Below, piece after piece: positions 1-10,041 of a DNA stretch of 64,000 nt (position 1 is the stretch's first letter; the number at the start of each line of letters is the position of its first letter). A program made the position numbers and the translations under genes. The stretch is from Flavobacteriaceae bacterium (GTDB taxonomy: Bacteria > Bacteroidota > Bacteroidia > Flavobacteriales > Flavobacteriaceae), in the NCBI GenBank assembly GCA_018608765.1, contig JABAYY010000034.1, positions 27,209 to 91,208 on the forward strand, in the 5' to 3' direction. The notes below the pieces were generated by a model, which worked only from the letters and a program-made list of their open reading frames with translations, did no database searches and was not told where the DNA came from.

Positions 1-461
1 TATCCCACTAGTTTATTATTTGATCCAATCACTCTATGGCAAGGGATGATAAGTGCAATAGCATTGGCGCCATTGGCAGTGGCCACAGCTCTTACTGCTT
101 TTTCATCTCCAATTTGTTTTGCCAATTCTAAATACGATATTCTTGTTCCATAAGGGATGGAAATTAAAGCTCTCCAAACACTTAATTGAAATGGCGTACC
201 TATCATTTTAATGGGCAATGAAAACACGTTTCGGGTTCCATTTAAGTAGTCTTTAATTTGGAGCCGAGTAGCTCTCAAAAGAGGTATTTCTTTTTCTAAA
301 TAAACCGCGTTTAACCCTGTTTGAATACGTTTGTCAATTTGAGATCGCATTTTTCGGTACCGGTAGTCTAAGACACATATTTGATTTTCAAAACATCCAA
401 TGATTAACTCTCCAATTGTTGTCTTGTAGTGTTGTATAAAAATGATATTTTTTGAGGTCAT
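1..461 (-). CDS. ogt: Methylated-DNA--protein-cysteine methyltransferase (runs off the window edge)
   Basis: Manual translation from ATG at 461: MTSKNIIFIQHYKTTIGEL...GTPFQLSVW...IPYG...ANGANAIALIIPCHRVIG; PCHRV active-site motif. Not in the ORF track because it is truncated. Confidence 0.9.
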   Translation of the reverse strand, partial: MTSKNIIFIQHYKTTIGELIIGCFENQICVLDYRYRKMRSQIDKRIQTGLNAVYLEKEIPLLRATRLQIKDYLNGTRNVFSLPIKMIGTPFQLSVWRALISIPYGTRISYLELAKQIGDEKAVRAVATANGANAIALIIPCHRVIGSNNKLVG

Positions 462-468
462 AATTTCG

Positions 469-1161
469 CTAGTTAATAGTAAATCGAACCATGACTTCAC
501 ATTCAATTTTAATACCAGAAAATTCAACATCAATCGGAGCCGCCAGTTTCCTATCAGTAGTGTACTCCATCCTTAAAAGTCCATTTCTTGGATAGGAAGA
601 ATTGTTATAATACTTATCAGAAATAAAAATTGCTTTACCAAGCTGTTGGTCTAGAGGACTAACCAAGGCCGTTGCTTGTGCTTTCGCTTTGAGGATTGCT
701 TTTGAACGTAAAGTCATTTTTAAAGCCTCCGTTTTTGAATATTCTGTTTTTGTTAGTTGCACATTAGAAATACCTTCTGCTTCTAAATGGATTAACACTT
801 TACTTGCTGTGAGTCCATCATAAACTACCAGTTCAAATGCTTTAGATTTGAGAACACTTTTCTTTCTTAAAAAATATTTTTTGAAATTACTAGCGAGGTC
901 TTCAATCTTCAACTGTTTTTTAAGATCAATATTTAAGTTTTCTAAAACTTCAGCGAGCAGTTGTTCTTGCGATTCTAAAGATGTTTTATTTCGATCATCT
1001 TTTTCTTGAATGAGAATAGATACATAAATACGGTCGGGTTGCACCAATGAGTCAACCTTGGCAGTTGTTTCTAAATAGGGTTGATCAATAAAATTTTTAG
1101 TTTGGGTGAATCCAACAAAGGTGCCTGCAATAATAATTGCGATTGTAAGGTAAGCTTTCAT
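469..1161 (-). CDS. SIMPL (DUF541) domain periplasmic protein
   Basis: Signal peptide; V.PD...VSI start motif, 'AILKAKAQATAL...LGKAIFI' and C-terminal 'V.V.F' typical of SIMPL. Confidence 0.75.
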   Translation of the reverse strand: MKAYLTIAIIIAGTFVGFTQTKNFIDQPYLETTAKVDSLVQPDRIYVSILIQEKDDRNKTSLESQEQLLAEVLENLNIDLKKQLKIEDLASNFKKYFLRKKSVLKSKAFELVVYDGLTASKVLIHLEAEGISNVQLTKTEYSKTEALKMTLRSKAILKAKAQATALVSPLDQQLGKAIFISDKYYNNSSYPRNGLLRMEYTTDRKLAAPIDVEFSGIKIECEVMVRFTIN

Positions 1162-1280
1162 GTTTTTTATATATTATTTATGTTTTTTAATTGTGATTAC
1201 AATTACTATTCCAAAGTTGATTAAGATGAACAGGATCATTCTAAAATAATAACTTTAGTAGCCTTTAGAACCTCCTATTT

Positions 1281-1994
1281 CTACTCCAACGCCTTCCGAA
1301 TTGAATTGGATATTTGATGTCCAATTTTAGGGAAGCCTCCACTTATATAGTCATAAAAATATCCATTTTTGTCAATCACCACATTTGTTGGGTATGTCGT
1401 GGTATTAAATAAATTACAGATTTCTTTAGCATCTGAAACAACAGGATATTGCAGCGGATGTTTTTCTAAAAACACATCTACTTTTTCTTTTGTGTCAAAA
1501 GTAATAGAAGCAAAAATAACTTCGCTATTGTTTTTGTACGTTTCATAAACTTCATTGAGCTCTGGAATTTCAGCAATACAAGGTTTACAGCTCACAAACC
1601 AAAAATTTAATACCACTACTTTTCCTTCTGAATTTTTAGAGGAAATTTCATTCCCATTAATATCAGTCATTTCATATTCAGGTGCTAGTGTTCCAATAAA
1701 ATCTGAACTATCGGGGAAGAAAGTTCTTTGTCCCATTTTCTTTTTTTCATCCTCAGTTGTTTTTCTCATCTGAACATGTAGTAAGTTTCCATCTTTGTCG
1801 AGTACGGGCTCCATAGTCCATTCTCCTGACTCCATCAATTTCATTAATTGAAATACGTCGATTTTATTTCCCGACTCATCTTTTATGAGTGTAGTTTCGT
1901 CAATTGTAAAATTTGGATCCGTGGGGTCTTGAGAATATGCATTAGAACTCAAAAACAGTAATAAGGTAAATGCAATTAGAAGGGATCGTTTCAT
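1281..1994 (-). CDS. TlpA-family thiol:disulfide oxidoreductase
   Basis: VVVLNFWFVSCKPCIAEIP (WxxxCxPC) and YPT cis-Pro motif; likely start MKRSLLIAF at 1994 with signal peptide. Confidence 0.85.
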   Translation of the reverse strand: MKRSLLIAFTLLLFLSSNAYSQDPTDPNFTIDETTLIKDESGNKIDVFQLMKLMESGEWTMEPVLDKDGNLLHVQMRKTTEDEKKKMGQRTFFPDSSDFIGTLAPEYEMTDINGNEISSKNSEGKVVVLNFWFVSCKPCIAEIPELNEVYETYKNNSEVIFASITFDTKEKVDVFLEKHPLQYPVVSDAKEICNLFNTTTYPTNVVIDKNGYFYDYISGGFPKIGHQISNSIRKALE

Positions 1995-2154
1995 GGCTGT
2001 TTTTTTTAAATAATTTAACATAAAGGGCAACATTAAGACCATCCTAATAATTGCTGATTAAAGAACCTTCAAATTTAACACCTTTTCAAACGAAGCTATA
2101 TTTGCAGCTCTTTGTTTTATAGAGAACAAGAAGTTGCTTTATATAGACTGTTTA

Positions 2155-2216
2155 TGAAGAATTAGATTTGGGGTCTAAGTCTGGTATAAATATAGTAAAA
2201 ATTATTTATTATCAAA
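2155..2216 (-). repeat. Copy 1 of the dispersed promoter-leader motif (no recognisable cassette behind it)
   Basis: + strand TGAAGAATTAGATTTGGGGTCTAAGTC 2155-2181, near-identical to 5674-5700 and 15032-15058; minus-strand TATATTTA (2187-2194) with TTTG (2213-2216) 18 nt upstream. Confidence 0.8.
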
Positions 2217-2311
2217 TAAACACAAGTTTTAATTCGCTCATAATCATCGGTTAAGTCGGTGAGTTTTAGTTTCCCTTGATTAAATTATATTTTCACTCTA
2301 CACTCTGAAAT

Positions 2312-2794
2312 CTAGCAACAATTACTATCAGGGGCACAACAAGGCTCTTTATTCAAATCCGATAATTTAACCTTTTGTTTTCCTTCCGGAATGCCGCATT
2401 GGTCTTGAGCCAAACAATTGGTTTGTTTGGTAGTCAACAAAAAATTCAGACCATCAAAATCAAGTCCAAATTTTCCAATGGTTTCCGAGTCATTGATCTG
2501 TGTTTGGTATTCGACTTCAATTTCTAAATCCTCTATTTTTAAAACGTTTTCAGAAAGTTCAATGATATTAAGAAGTTTTTCGGGATGCAGTCTGTGGTTG
2601 TAATCGTCTGCATTCCAAAGTTGAAAGTTGGCAACTTCTTCATTTCTTACGACACCGCCACAATCTATAAAACGTTTGGTGATTTTTCCAACTTCGGTAA
2701 CATGAAAGTGTTTAGGGACCAATTCCCCATTTGGCAATTGAAATCCAATCATGTCTAATTTTTTTAAAACGAGCTTAACTTCAGATAATTTCAT
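2312..2794 (-). CDS. DUF6428-like metal/arsenic-resistance-associated protein
   Basis: HFHVTEVG...FIDCGG...NFQLW motifs and Cys-rich CC...CC tail. Confidence 0.75.
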   Translation of the reverse strand: MKLSEVKLVLKKLDMIGFQLPNGELVPKHFHVTEVGKITKRFIDCGGVVRNEEVANFQLWNADDYNHRLHPEKLLNIIELSENVLKIEDLEIEVEYQTQINDSETIGKFGLDFDGLNFLLTTKQTNCLAQDQCGIPEGKQKVKLSDLNKEPCCAPDSNCC

Positions 2795-2984
2795 AAATGT
2801 ATTTTTTAGGTTTACAGAATTGTTGCTAAAATCCAGGATAAATATACTATAAAATTAGTGTCATTAAACTTGATAGATTATAGATAATGTCAATACTTCA
2901 ATAGGTTGTGTATGTGTTGGAGTACTTATTTTATTGAAGGCCTGAGTATCACGTTTTAAAGACGTTGTGTTTGCTCTTTTTCTA

Positions 2985-5474
2985 CTAAAGTTTTACTCTT
3001 CTCAATCTTAATGCATTTGCAATTACCGACACCGAGCTAAAACTCATTGTTAATGCCGCTATCATTGGCGAAAGTAGTATTCCAAAAAAAGGAAACAAAA
3101 CACCTGCTGCTATTGGCAGCCCCAATGTGTTATAAATAAGTGCAAAAAACAGGTTTTGCTTAATGTTTTTCATTACCGCCTTACTTAAATTTCTTGCCTT
3201 TACAATTCCGTACAAATCGCCTTTTATTAGAGTTATCATAGCACTTTCAATTGCTACATCTGTTCCTGTTCCCATAGCAATTCCTACATCACTCTTAGCT
3301 AATGCTGGGGCATCATTAATCCCATCACCTGCCACTGCAACCACTTTTCCATTTGCTTGTAGTTTTTCAACTTCTTTGAGCTTATCTTCGGGTAACATAC
3401 CACCCTTAAAATCTGTCAGATTTAATTCTGATGCTACTGCTTCCGCTGTATCATAATTATCGCCTGTAAGCATGATGACATCAATACCTTTATGCAGAAG
3501 TGCTTTAATAGCTTTGGCACTTGTTTCTTTTATCTTATCTCCTATAACTACATAGCCAACAATAGTATTATCTATAGCTAAAAAGGAAACCGTTTTACCT
3601 TGTTTTTGATAGGTTTTAGTTTCTCCCTTCATTTTTGATGTAATGTCTGCTTCTGCATACTCCATCATTTTAGGATTTCCTAAGGCTACCTTTTTAAGGC
3701 CTATTATAGCTTCAACGCCTTTTCCTGTAACAGCACTAAAATTATTAGACTTTAAGATTTCTACGTTATGTTCTTTTCCGTATTTAACCGTTGCTTCTGC
3801 CAACGGATGTTCACTGTTTGTATTTAATGAAACAATGTATTGAAGTACCTCATTATCGGAAAAATTACCGCCAAAAACACCTACAGTCTCAACCGTAGGT
3901 TGTCCTTCAGTAATAGTTCCTGTCTTATCAACAATAAGTGTATTTATCGTATCCATTTTTTCAAGAGCTTCAGCATTTTTTATGAGCACTCCATTTTGAG
4001 CACCTTTACCAACACCTACCATCACAGACATTGGTGTCGCTAAACCTAATGCACACGGACACGCAATAATAAGAACTGCAATGGCATTCACAAAAGCATA
4101 TACATAAGCTGGTTCTGGACCCCAAAGTGCCCAAACTGCAAATGTCATTAATGAAATAATCATCACAATTGGCACAAAATAACTCGATACTTTGTCGGCT
4201 AAATTTTGAATAGGCACTCGACTTCTACTCGCATCATTAACCATGTGTACGATTTGTGAAAGTAAGGTGTCGCTGCCTATTTTTTCGGCTTTCATTAAAA
4301 AAGATTGATTGCCATTAATTGTGCCACTGCTTACTTTATCATCTCTAGATTTGTTGACAGGGATAGGCTCTCCTGTAATCATAGATTCATCAATAGTTGT
4401 TTTGCCTTGGGTTATAACGCCATCTACAGGGATTTTATCTCCCGGTTTGACTTTTAGAATATCATTTATTACTATCTTCTCTATACTGACTTCAATTTCT
4501 TCTCCAGCTACCATTTTTATAGCTTTGTTAGGGGCTAATTTTAGCAATTGCTTGACTGCTGAATTGGTTTTGCTATGTGCACGTGCCTCTAGAAGTTGAC
4601 CTAAAAGCACCAAAGTTAAAATCACCGTTGCCGCCTCAAAATAGACGTGAACAGCGCCATGTTCAGTTTTAAATTGTGCTGGAAATACATCTGAAAAAAA
4701 CATTCCAAAAACACTAAACAACCAAGCCACACCTGCACCAATTCCAATGAGTGTAAACATATTCAAATTCCATGTTTTGAGACTTTTATAAGCACGTTCA
4801 AAGAACATCCAAGTAGCATAAAAGATTACTGGAAAGGATAGAGCTAATTGAATCCAATTCCAATATTTTTGTTCTATTATATCGTATAATGGATTGTTAT
4901 TGATCATTTCGCTCATAGCAATCAAGAATATAGGTAAGGTGAATACAGCTGCTATCCAAAATTTCTTTAAGAGCGTTTTAAAGGTCTTTTCTTCTGCCGA
5001 AACATCTGGTTCTATTGGTAATAAATCCATACCGCAAATAGGACATGAACCGGCTTCTTTTTTTATAACTTCAGGATGCATTGAACACGTCCATTGTTCT
5101 GTTGATAGGCTATGTTGTTCGACCAAATCCATTCCACAAACGGGACAATCAGCTGGCTTGTCATAGGTTTTATCGCCTTCGCAATGCATAGGACAATAAA
5201 ATGTTTCTGTGCCTTTTCCTTTTGCGGGTGTTTCTTTTTTAGTTTCTAAATGTTGATGTTCTCCTTGTTTATGAATACTGTATCTGCCACTCTCATTTTT
5301 CAAAACCTCTTGAAAAGTTTCTAATGGAATATGAGTTTCCATGTCGATTGTAGTTTCTGCTTTTTTTAAATCAACTGTTACGTTTAAAACACCCTCTAGT
5401 TTAGAAAGTATTTCTTCAACATGATTGCGACACCCGTTGCAACTCATCCCAAGTATTTGGTAAGTATGTTTCAT
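2985..5474 (-). CDS. copA: Cu(I)-translocating P1B-type ATPase
   Basis: N-terminal GMSCNGC HMA domain, two C(P/S)MH...CP.CGMDL metal-binding repeats, TGE, CPCALGLA, DKTGT, HP, GDGINDAPAL, YN and MxxSS motifs. Confidence 0.93.
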   Translation of the reverse strand: MKHTYQILGMSCNGCRNHVEEILSKLEGVLNVTVDLKKAETTIDMETHIPLETFQEVLKNESGRYSIHKQGEHQHLETKKETPAKGKGTETFYCPMHCEGDKTYDKPADCPVCGMDLVEQHSLSTEQWTCSMHPEVIKKEAGSCPICGMDLLPIEPDVSAEEKTFKTLLKKFWIAAVFTLPIFLIAMSEMINNNPLYDIIEQKYWNWIQLALSFPVIFYATWMFFERAYKSLKTWNLNMFTLIGIGAGVAWLFSVFGMFFSDVFPAQFKTEHGAVHVYFEAATVILTLVLLGQLLEARAHSKTNSAVKQLLKLAPNKAIKMVAGEEIEVSIEKIVINDILKVKPGDKIPVDGVITQGKTTIDESMITGEPIPVNKSRDDKVSSGTINGNQSFLMKAEKIGSDTLLSQIVHMVNDASRSRVPIQNLADKVSSYFVPIVMIISLMTFAVWALWGPEPAYVYAFVNAIAVLIIACPCALGLATPMSVMVGVGKGAQNGVLIKNAEALEKMDTINTLIVDKTGTITEGQPTVETVGVFGGNFSDNEVLQYIVSLNTNSEHPLAEATVKYGKEHNVEILKSNNFSAVTGKGVEAIIGLKKVALGNPKMMEYAEADITSKMKGETKTYQKQGKTVSFLAIDNTIVGYVVIGDKIKETSAKAIKALLHKGIDVIMLTGDNYDTAEAVASELNLTDFKGGMLPEDKLKEVEKLQANGKVVAVAGDGINDAPALAKSDVGIAMGTGTDVAIESAMITLIKGDLYGIVKARNLSKAVMKNIKQNLFFALIYNTLGLPIAAGVLFPFFGILLSPMIAALTMSFSSVSVIANALRLRRVKL

Positions 5475-5673
5475 AGCTTTTTAGTTTGCAGAGAATTCTT
5501 GTATATACACTCCTGTGCTTGTTTTTTTTAGTTGGTACATTTCTAGGTCTATGTTCACAGTATGTTGGTCTTACAACTGTGATACGCAAACGTGTTTTGA
5601 GTATGCTGTATCTAGGCATACTACAGGGTAAACGCCTTATCTAAATAAATTACTAAAAAATTGAATCGGTTGT

Positions 5674-5736
5674 TGAAGAATCAGATTTGAGGTCTAAGTC
5701 CACCATAAATATAAAAAAATAAACAGGACAAACAAA
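5674..5736 (-). repeat. Copy 2 of the promoter-leader motif, upstream of copA
   Basis: + TGAAGAATCAGATTTGAGGTCTAAGTC 5674-5700; minus-strand TATATTTA at 5706-5713, TTTG at 5733-5736 (19-nt spacer). Confidence 0.8.
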
Positions 5737-5894
5737 TAAATATTTAGGGTATCCTTCTCATTCTGATTCAATTAGTGAGTTTGAATTTAGAAAAATAAAT
5801 TTGAACTATTAAATTGCTCTTAAAAATATTAAGAGTTTCCATTAAAAATAGTAATTTGGTAAGGGATTAAACCGCCACTTTTTTAAAACCATTT

Positions 5895-8810
5895 ATGCGT
5901 CATTTTTTTACACTTTTTTGTTTCATTTTCTCACTATCTCTTATCGCTCAAGAATCGAGTTCTCCTTTAGAGACTCCAGATTTTGAATTGCAAACCAAAT
6001 GGGTGGATAGTACCTATAATGCGCTCAATCTCAAAGAAAAAATAGGACAGTTGTACATGGTTCAGGTATTTTCAAATCAAGATCAAGCCAAAAAAAAATC
6101 AATTTTAAAGCTTATTGATACCAATCATATAGGAGGGGTTATATATTCAAATGGAGGACCTGTTCGACAAGCATCTCTAAATAATGAACTACAGGCCGCT
6201 TCCAGAATCCCATTATTAGTTGGGATGGATGCCGAGTGGGGACTGAGCATGCGTTTAGATTCTACCTATGCTTTTCCTTGGAATATGACTTTAGGAGCGG
6301 TAAAAAATTTAGACCTCATTCGACAAACAGGGGTTCAAATAGGAGAACATTGCAAACGGATTGGTGTGAATTTTAACTTTGCACCTGTAGTAGATATCAA
6401 TACCAACCCCAAAAATCCAATCATTGGAAACCGATCTTTTGGAGAAGACAAAGAGGAAGTTACCAAGCGTGCTTTGGCGTTTATGGAAGGCATGCAAAGT
6501 GTTGGGGTGTTGGCAAATGCCAAACATTTTCCGGGGCATGGCGATACGAGTTCCGATTCGCATAAAACCCTTCCTACCATTGATTTTTCAGCCGAACGTA
6601 TTGATTCTCTTGAATTATATCCTTACAAAAAACTCATCTCAAAAAATTTATCTTCAGTAATGGTTGCACATCTTAACGTGCCCAATCTTGACTCAAGACC
6701 CAATTACCCATCGTCATTGTCATATCCAATTGTGACGGATTTACTAAAAGAAAAATTAGGGTTCAAAGGCTTGATTTTTACAGATGCTCTCAGCATGAAA
6801 GGTGCCTCTAATTTTAGTGACCCTGGTGAAATTGATTTACAGGCTTTTTTGGCTGGAAATGATGTGATGTTGATGTCTAATGATGTCACTCAAGGCATAG
6901 CCGCTTTAGAAAAAGCCGTGGTATCGGGTATTATCTCAGAGGAGCGTTTAGCACATTCCGTCAAAAAAATATTAAGGGCTAAATTTAAGGTGGGTTTACA
7001 TGAATTTGAACCTATTGAAACGGCTAACTTGGTTGCGGACTTGAACCGTCAAAAAGACGATTTGTTGTATGGGGAATTGATGGAAAATGCAATCACACTG
7101 GTTCAAAATAAAAATAATAATTTACCACTAAAAAATTTAGAATTACACAAAATCGCCTATGTCAATATGGGAGATGCTGATGCAACACCCTTTGTGAATT
7201 CGCTAAAAAAATACACGAAAGTAGAGGTCGTGAATGCCACTAATTTAGATGCATTGATTGCGTCTTTAAGCAACTACAATACTGTGATTGTTGGATTTCA
7301 TAAATCCAATGTAAATCCTTGGAAATCTTATGAATTTACGGATAAGGAACTTGTATGGCTTTATGAAATAGCACGAACCAATAATGTAATATTAACTTTG
7401 TTTGCAAAACCGTATGCGTTGAACGATTTCAATACATTTGAGAATTTTGAAAGCATTTTAATGGCGTATCAAAACAGCCCGATTGCACAGCAAAAAGCGG
7501 CTCAAATTATATTTGGAGCCTTGCCTGCCAAAGGGTCGCTTCCAGTGAGTTGTGGAATTGATTTCAAAGTTGGAGAAGGTCTTCAAACAAATTCTTTAAA
7601 TAGGTTGACTTACGGATTGCCTGTATCGGTTGGGATGGATGCCAGACGCTTAAAAAAAATTGATTCCATCGCTAAGTTTGCTATCTCAGAACAAATGACC
7701 CCAGGGATTCAGCTCTTGGTCGCGCGTAAAGGAAAAGTGATCTACGAAAAATCGTTTGGGTATCACACCTACAAAAAGTCCTCCAAAGTAAAGTTTAATG
7801 CCCTTTATGACGTGGCATCCTTAACTAAAATATTAGCGACCCTTCCTTTGCTCATGGAATTGGTTGATTCAGGGGTCATTGGTCTCGATTCTACTTTGGG
7901 GGAGCTGTTGCCTTCTTATAAAGACACCAACAAAGACGCTATTACAATTCAAGAAATGCTGTCTCATTTTGCGCAACTAAAACCATGGATTCCATTTTAT
8001 ATATCCACCTTAGATTCGGTTACACAAAAGCCAAACCCCAAGTTTTACAAAACAAAATCTTCTAAAAAATTTCCAATAAAAATAAATGAACGTCTGTACT
8101 TGCGAAAGGATTTTAGAGACAGTATTCAAAATAAAATCATCGCTTCAGAACTGCTTCAAGAAAAAAAGTATAGATACAGTGATTTACCTTACTATATTAT
8201 AAAATTAATTATCGAAAAACACTACGATTTACCCTTAGATGCGTTGGTGCAGCAGCATTTTTACAAATCATTAGGAGCCAATTTTACGACCTATAAACCG
8301 TTAGAGAAGTTTAATAAATTCCAGATTATTCCCACAGAAATAGACGATTATTTTCGTTATGATACCGTCCATGGCTATGTGCATGATATGGGGGCTGCAA
8401 TGCAAGATGGCGTTGGTGGTCATGCAGGCTTATTTAGCAATGCCAATGATGTGGCAAAGCTAATGCAAATGTATCTTCAGGAAGGAGTTTACGGAGGCAA
8501 ACGTTATTTTTCACCAAACACCTTCAACACATTTAATACCTGTCATTATTGTGATGAAGAAAACCGTCGTGGGATCGGATTTGACAAACCTCAATTAGAA
8601 GAAGAAGGCCCGACCTGTGGTTGTTTGTCAATGACTAGCTTTGGACATTCAGGATTTACAGGCACTTATGCGTGGGCAGATCCAGAAGAAGAAATAGTTT
8701 ATGTATTTTTGGCCAATAGAACCTATCAAGAATCCGATACGAATCGACTTTCAAAAGGGAATATTAGAACGGATATACAGCGTTTAATTTATGAATCAAT
8801 TATAGAATAA
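5895..8810 (+). CDS. GH3 beta-N-acetylglucosaminidase fused to a beta-lactamase-family (serine hydrolase) domain
   Basis: DAEWG, KHFPGHGDT..DSH (NagZ motif), FTDAL; C-terminal SLTK (SxxK), YSD and GHSGFTG motifs. Confidence 0.9.
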   Translation: MRHFFTLFCFIFSLSLIAQESSSPLETPDFELQTKWVDSTYNALNLKEKIGQLYMVQVFSNQDQAKKKSILKLIDTNHIGGVIYSNGGPVRQASLNNELQAASRIPLLVGMDAEWGLSMRLDSTYAFPWNMTLGAVKNLDLIRQTGVQIGEHCKRIGVNFNFAPVVDINTNPKNPIIGNRSFGEDKEEVTKRALAFMEGMQSVGVLANAKHFPGHGDTSSDSHKTLPTIDFSAERIDSLELYPYKKLISKNLSSVMVAHLNVPNLDSRPNYPSSLSYPIVTDLLKEKLGFKGLIFTDALSMKGASNFSDPGEIDLQAFLAGNDVMLMSNDVTQGIAALEKAVVSGIISEERLAHSVKKILRAKFKVGLHEFEPIETANLVADLNRQKDDLLYGELMENAITLVQNKNNNLPLKNLELHKIAYVNMGDADATPFVNSLKKYTKVEVVNATNLDALIASLSNYNTVIVGFHKSNVNPWKSYEFTDKELVWLYEIARTNNVILTLFAKPYALNDFNTFENFESILMAYQNSPIAQQKAAQIIFGALPAKGSLPVSCGIDFKVGEGLQTNSLNRLTYGLPVSVGMDARRLKKIDSIAKFAISEQMTPGIQLLVARKGKVIYEKSFGYHTYKKSSKVKFNALYDVASLTKILATLPLLMELVDSGVIGLDSTLGELLPSYKDTNKDAITIQEMLSHFAQLKPWIPFYISTLDSVTQKPNPKFYKTKSSKKFPIKINERLYLRKDFRDSIQNKIIASELLQEKKYRYSDLPYYIIKLIIEKHYDLPLDALVQQHFYKSLGANFTTYKPLEKFNKFQIIPTEIDDYFRYDTVHGYVHDMGAAMQDGVGGHAGLFSNANDVAKLMQMYLQEGVYGGKRYFSPNTFNTFNTCHYCDEENRRGIGFDKPQLEEEGPTCGCLSMTSFGHSGFTGTYAWADPEEEIVYVFLANRTYQESDTNRLSKGNIRTDIQRLIYESIIE

Positions 8811-8811
8811 T

Positions 8812-9948
8812 ATGAATATTGGTATTGTATGTTATCCCACCTTTGGAGGAAGTGGTGTTTTGGCAACGGAATTAGGACTCGAGCTATCTCGCAAAGGTCA
8901 TGAGATACATTTTATCACCTACAGTCAACCTGTCCGATTGGAGTTATTAAATTCCAATGTGCATTTTCATGAAGTCAATGTGCCTGAATACCCCTTGTTT
9001 CATTACCAACCTTATGAGTTGGCATTGTCCAGTAAACTCGTGGATATGGTAAAGATTCATAAAATTGATGTCTTGCATGTACACTATGCAATTCCGCATG
9101 CCTATGCTGCTTACATGGCTAAAAAAATGCTTCATGAAGAAGGGATAGATGTCCCCATTGTTACCACTTTACACGGTACCGATATCACCTTAGTAGGAAG
9201 CCACCCTTTTTATAAAACAGCCGTCACGTTTAGTATCAATAAATCAGATGCTGTGACCTCTGTTTCTCAAAATTTAAAAGAAGATACCCAACGTTTATTT
9301 AACACCAAAAAAGAGATCAAAGTTGTTCCTAATTTCATCGATATTGATAAATATAAAAACAACTATAAGGAATGTAACCGTACGCTTTTGGCTCTCCCCA
9401 CAGAACGTATAATTACCCATGTTAGTAATTTTAGACCTGTCAAACGCATTGCAGATGTAATTGAAATTTTTTATAGAATTCAAAAAGAACTCCCTGCTAA
9501 ATTAATGATGGTAGGCGAGGGGCCTGAGCGAAAAGAAGCGGAACAGCTTTGTGAAACATACAACATAGAAGATAAGGTTGTGTTTTTAGGCAACAGCAGC
9601 GAAGTGGATAAAATTTTATGTTTTAGTGATCTGTTTTTATTGCCTTCACAAACAGAGAGTTTTGGTTTGGCAGCTTTAGAAGCCATGGCTTCTGGAGTTC
9701 CAGTGATTTCGAGTGACTCTGGAGGCATTCCAGAAGTTAATATTCAAGGAATTTCTGGGTTTTTAAGTCCCGTAGGAGCTATTGATGAAATGGCGCAAAA
9801 TGCGCTCAAAATTCTTAAAGAGGATGCTGTTTTAAAAACATTCAAAAAAGGAGCTCAAGACACGGCAACAAAATTTGATATTCACAAAATAGTTCCTTTT
9901 TATGAAGCTATTTATGAAGAAGCGCTCCAAAACTGCATTTCAATTTAA
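8812..9948 (+). CDS. bshA: N-acetyl-alpha-D-glucosaminyl L-malate synthase (GT4)
   Basis: CYPTFGGSGV, HVHYAIPHA, TTLHGTDIT, SNFRPVKR, ESFGLAALEAM. Confidence 0.92.
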   Translation: MNIGIVCYPTFGGSGVLATELGLELSRKGHEIHFITYSQPVRLELLNSNVHFHEVNVPEYPLFHYQPYELALSSKLVDMVKIHKIDVLHVHYAIPHAYAAYMAKKMLHEEGIDVPIVTTLHGTDITLVGSHPFYKTAVTFSINKSDAVTSVSQNLKEDTQRLFNTKKEIKVVPNFIDIDKYKNNYKECNRTLLALPTERIITHVSNFRPVKRIADVIEIFYRIQKELPAKLMMVGEGPERKEAEQLCETYNIEDKVVFLGNSSEVDKILCFSDLFLLPSQTESFGLAALEAMASGVPVISSDSGGIPEVNIQGISGFLSPVGAIDEMAQNALKILKEDAVLKTFKKGAQDTATKFDIHKIVPFYEAIYEEALQNCISI

Positions 9949-10041
9949 TTCGTCAAAAGATTCAACACTTAGTAGCGTTGGAATTTTTGTTTTTATAATA
10001 ATACAATTACTTTTACATTCTAAAGACTTAAGAATTAGTAT

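Noticed and set aside
469-1994. SIMPL and tlpA genes as cassettes behind leader copy 1
   Set aside because: No matching GTT/AAC end pairs or ATACAC-N3-GTT arms; tlpA has its own promoter box.
2795-2984. ArsR remnant upstream of the DUF6428 gene
   Set aside because: No convincing reading frame or motif found by eye.
3163-5166. Antisense ORFs within copA and other long genes
   Set aside because: Shadow frames of well-supported genes.
5895-8810. GH3-beta-lactamase fusion as a resistance gene or novel fusion
   Set aside because: Common Bacteroidota architecture linked to cell-wall recycling.
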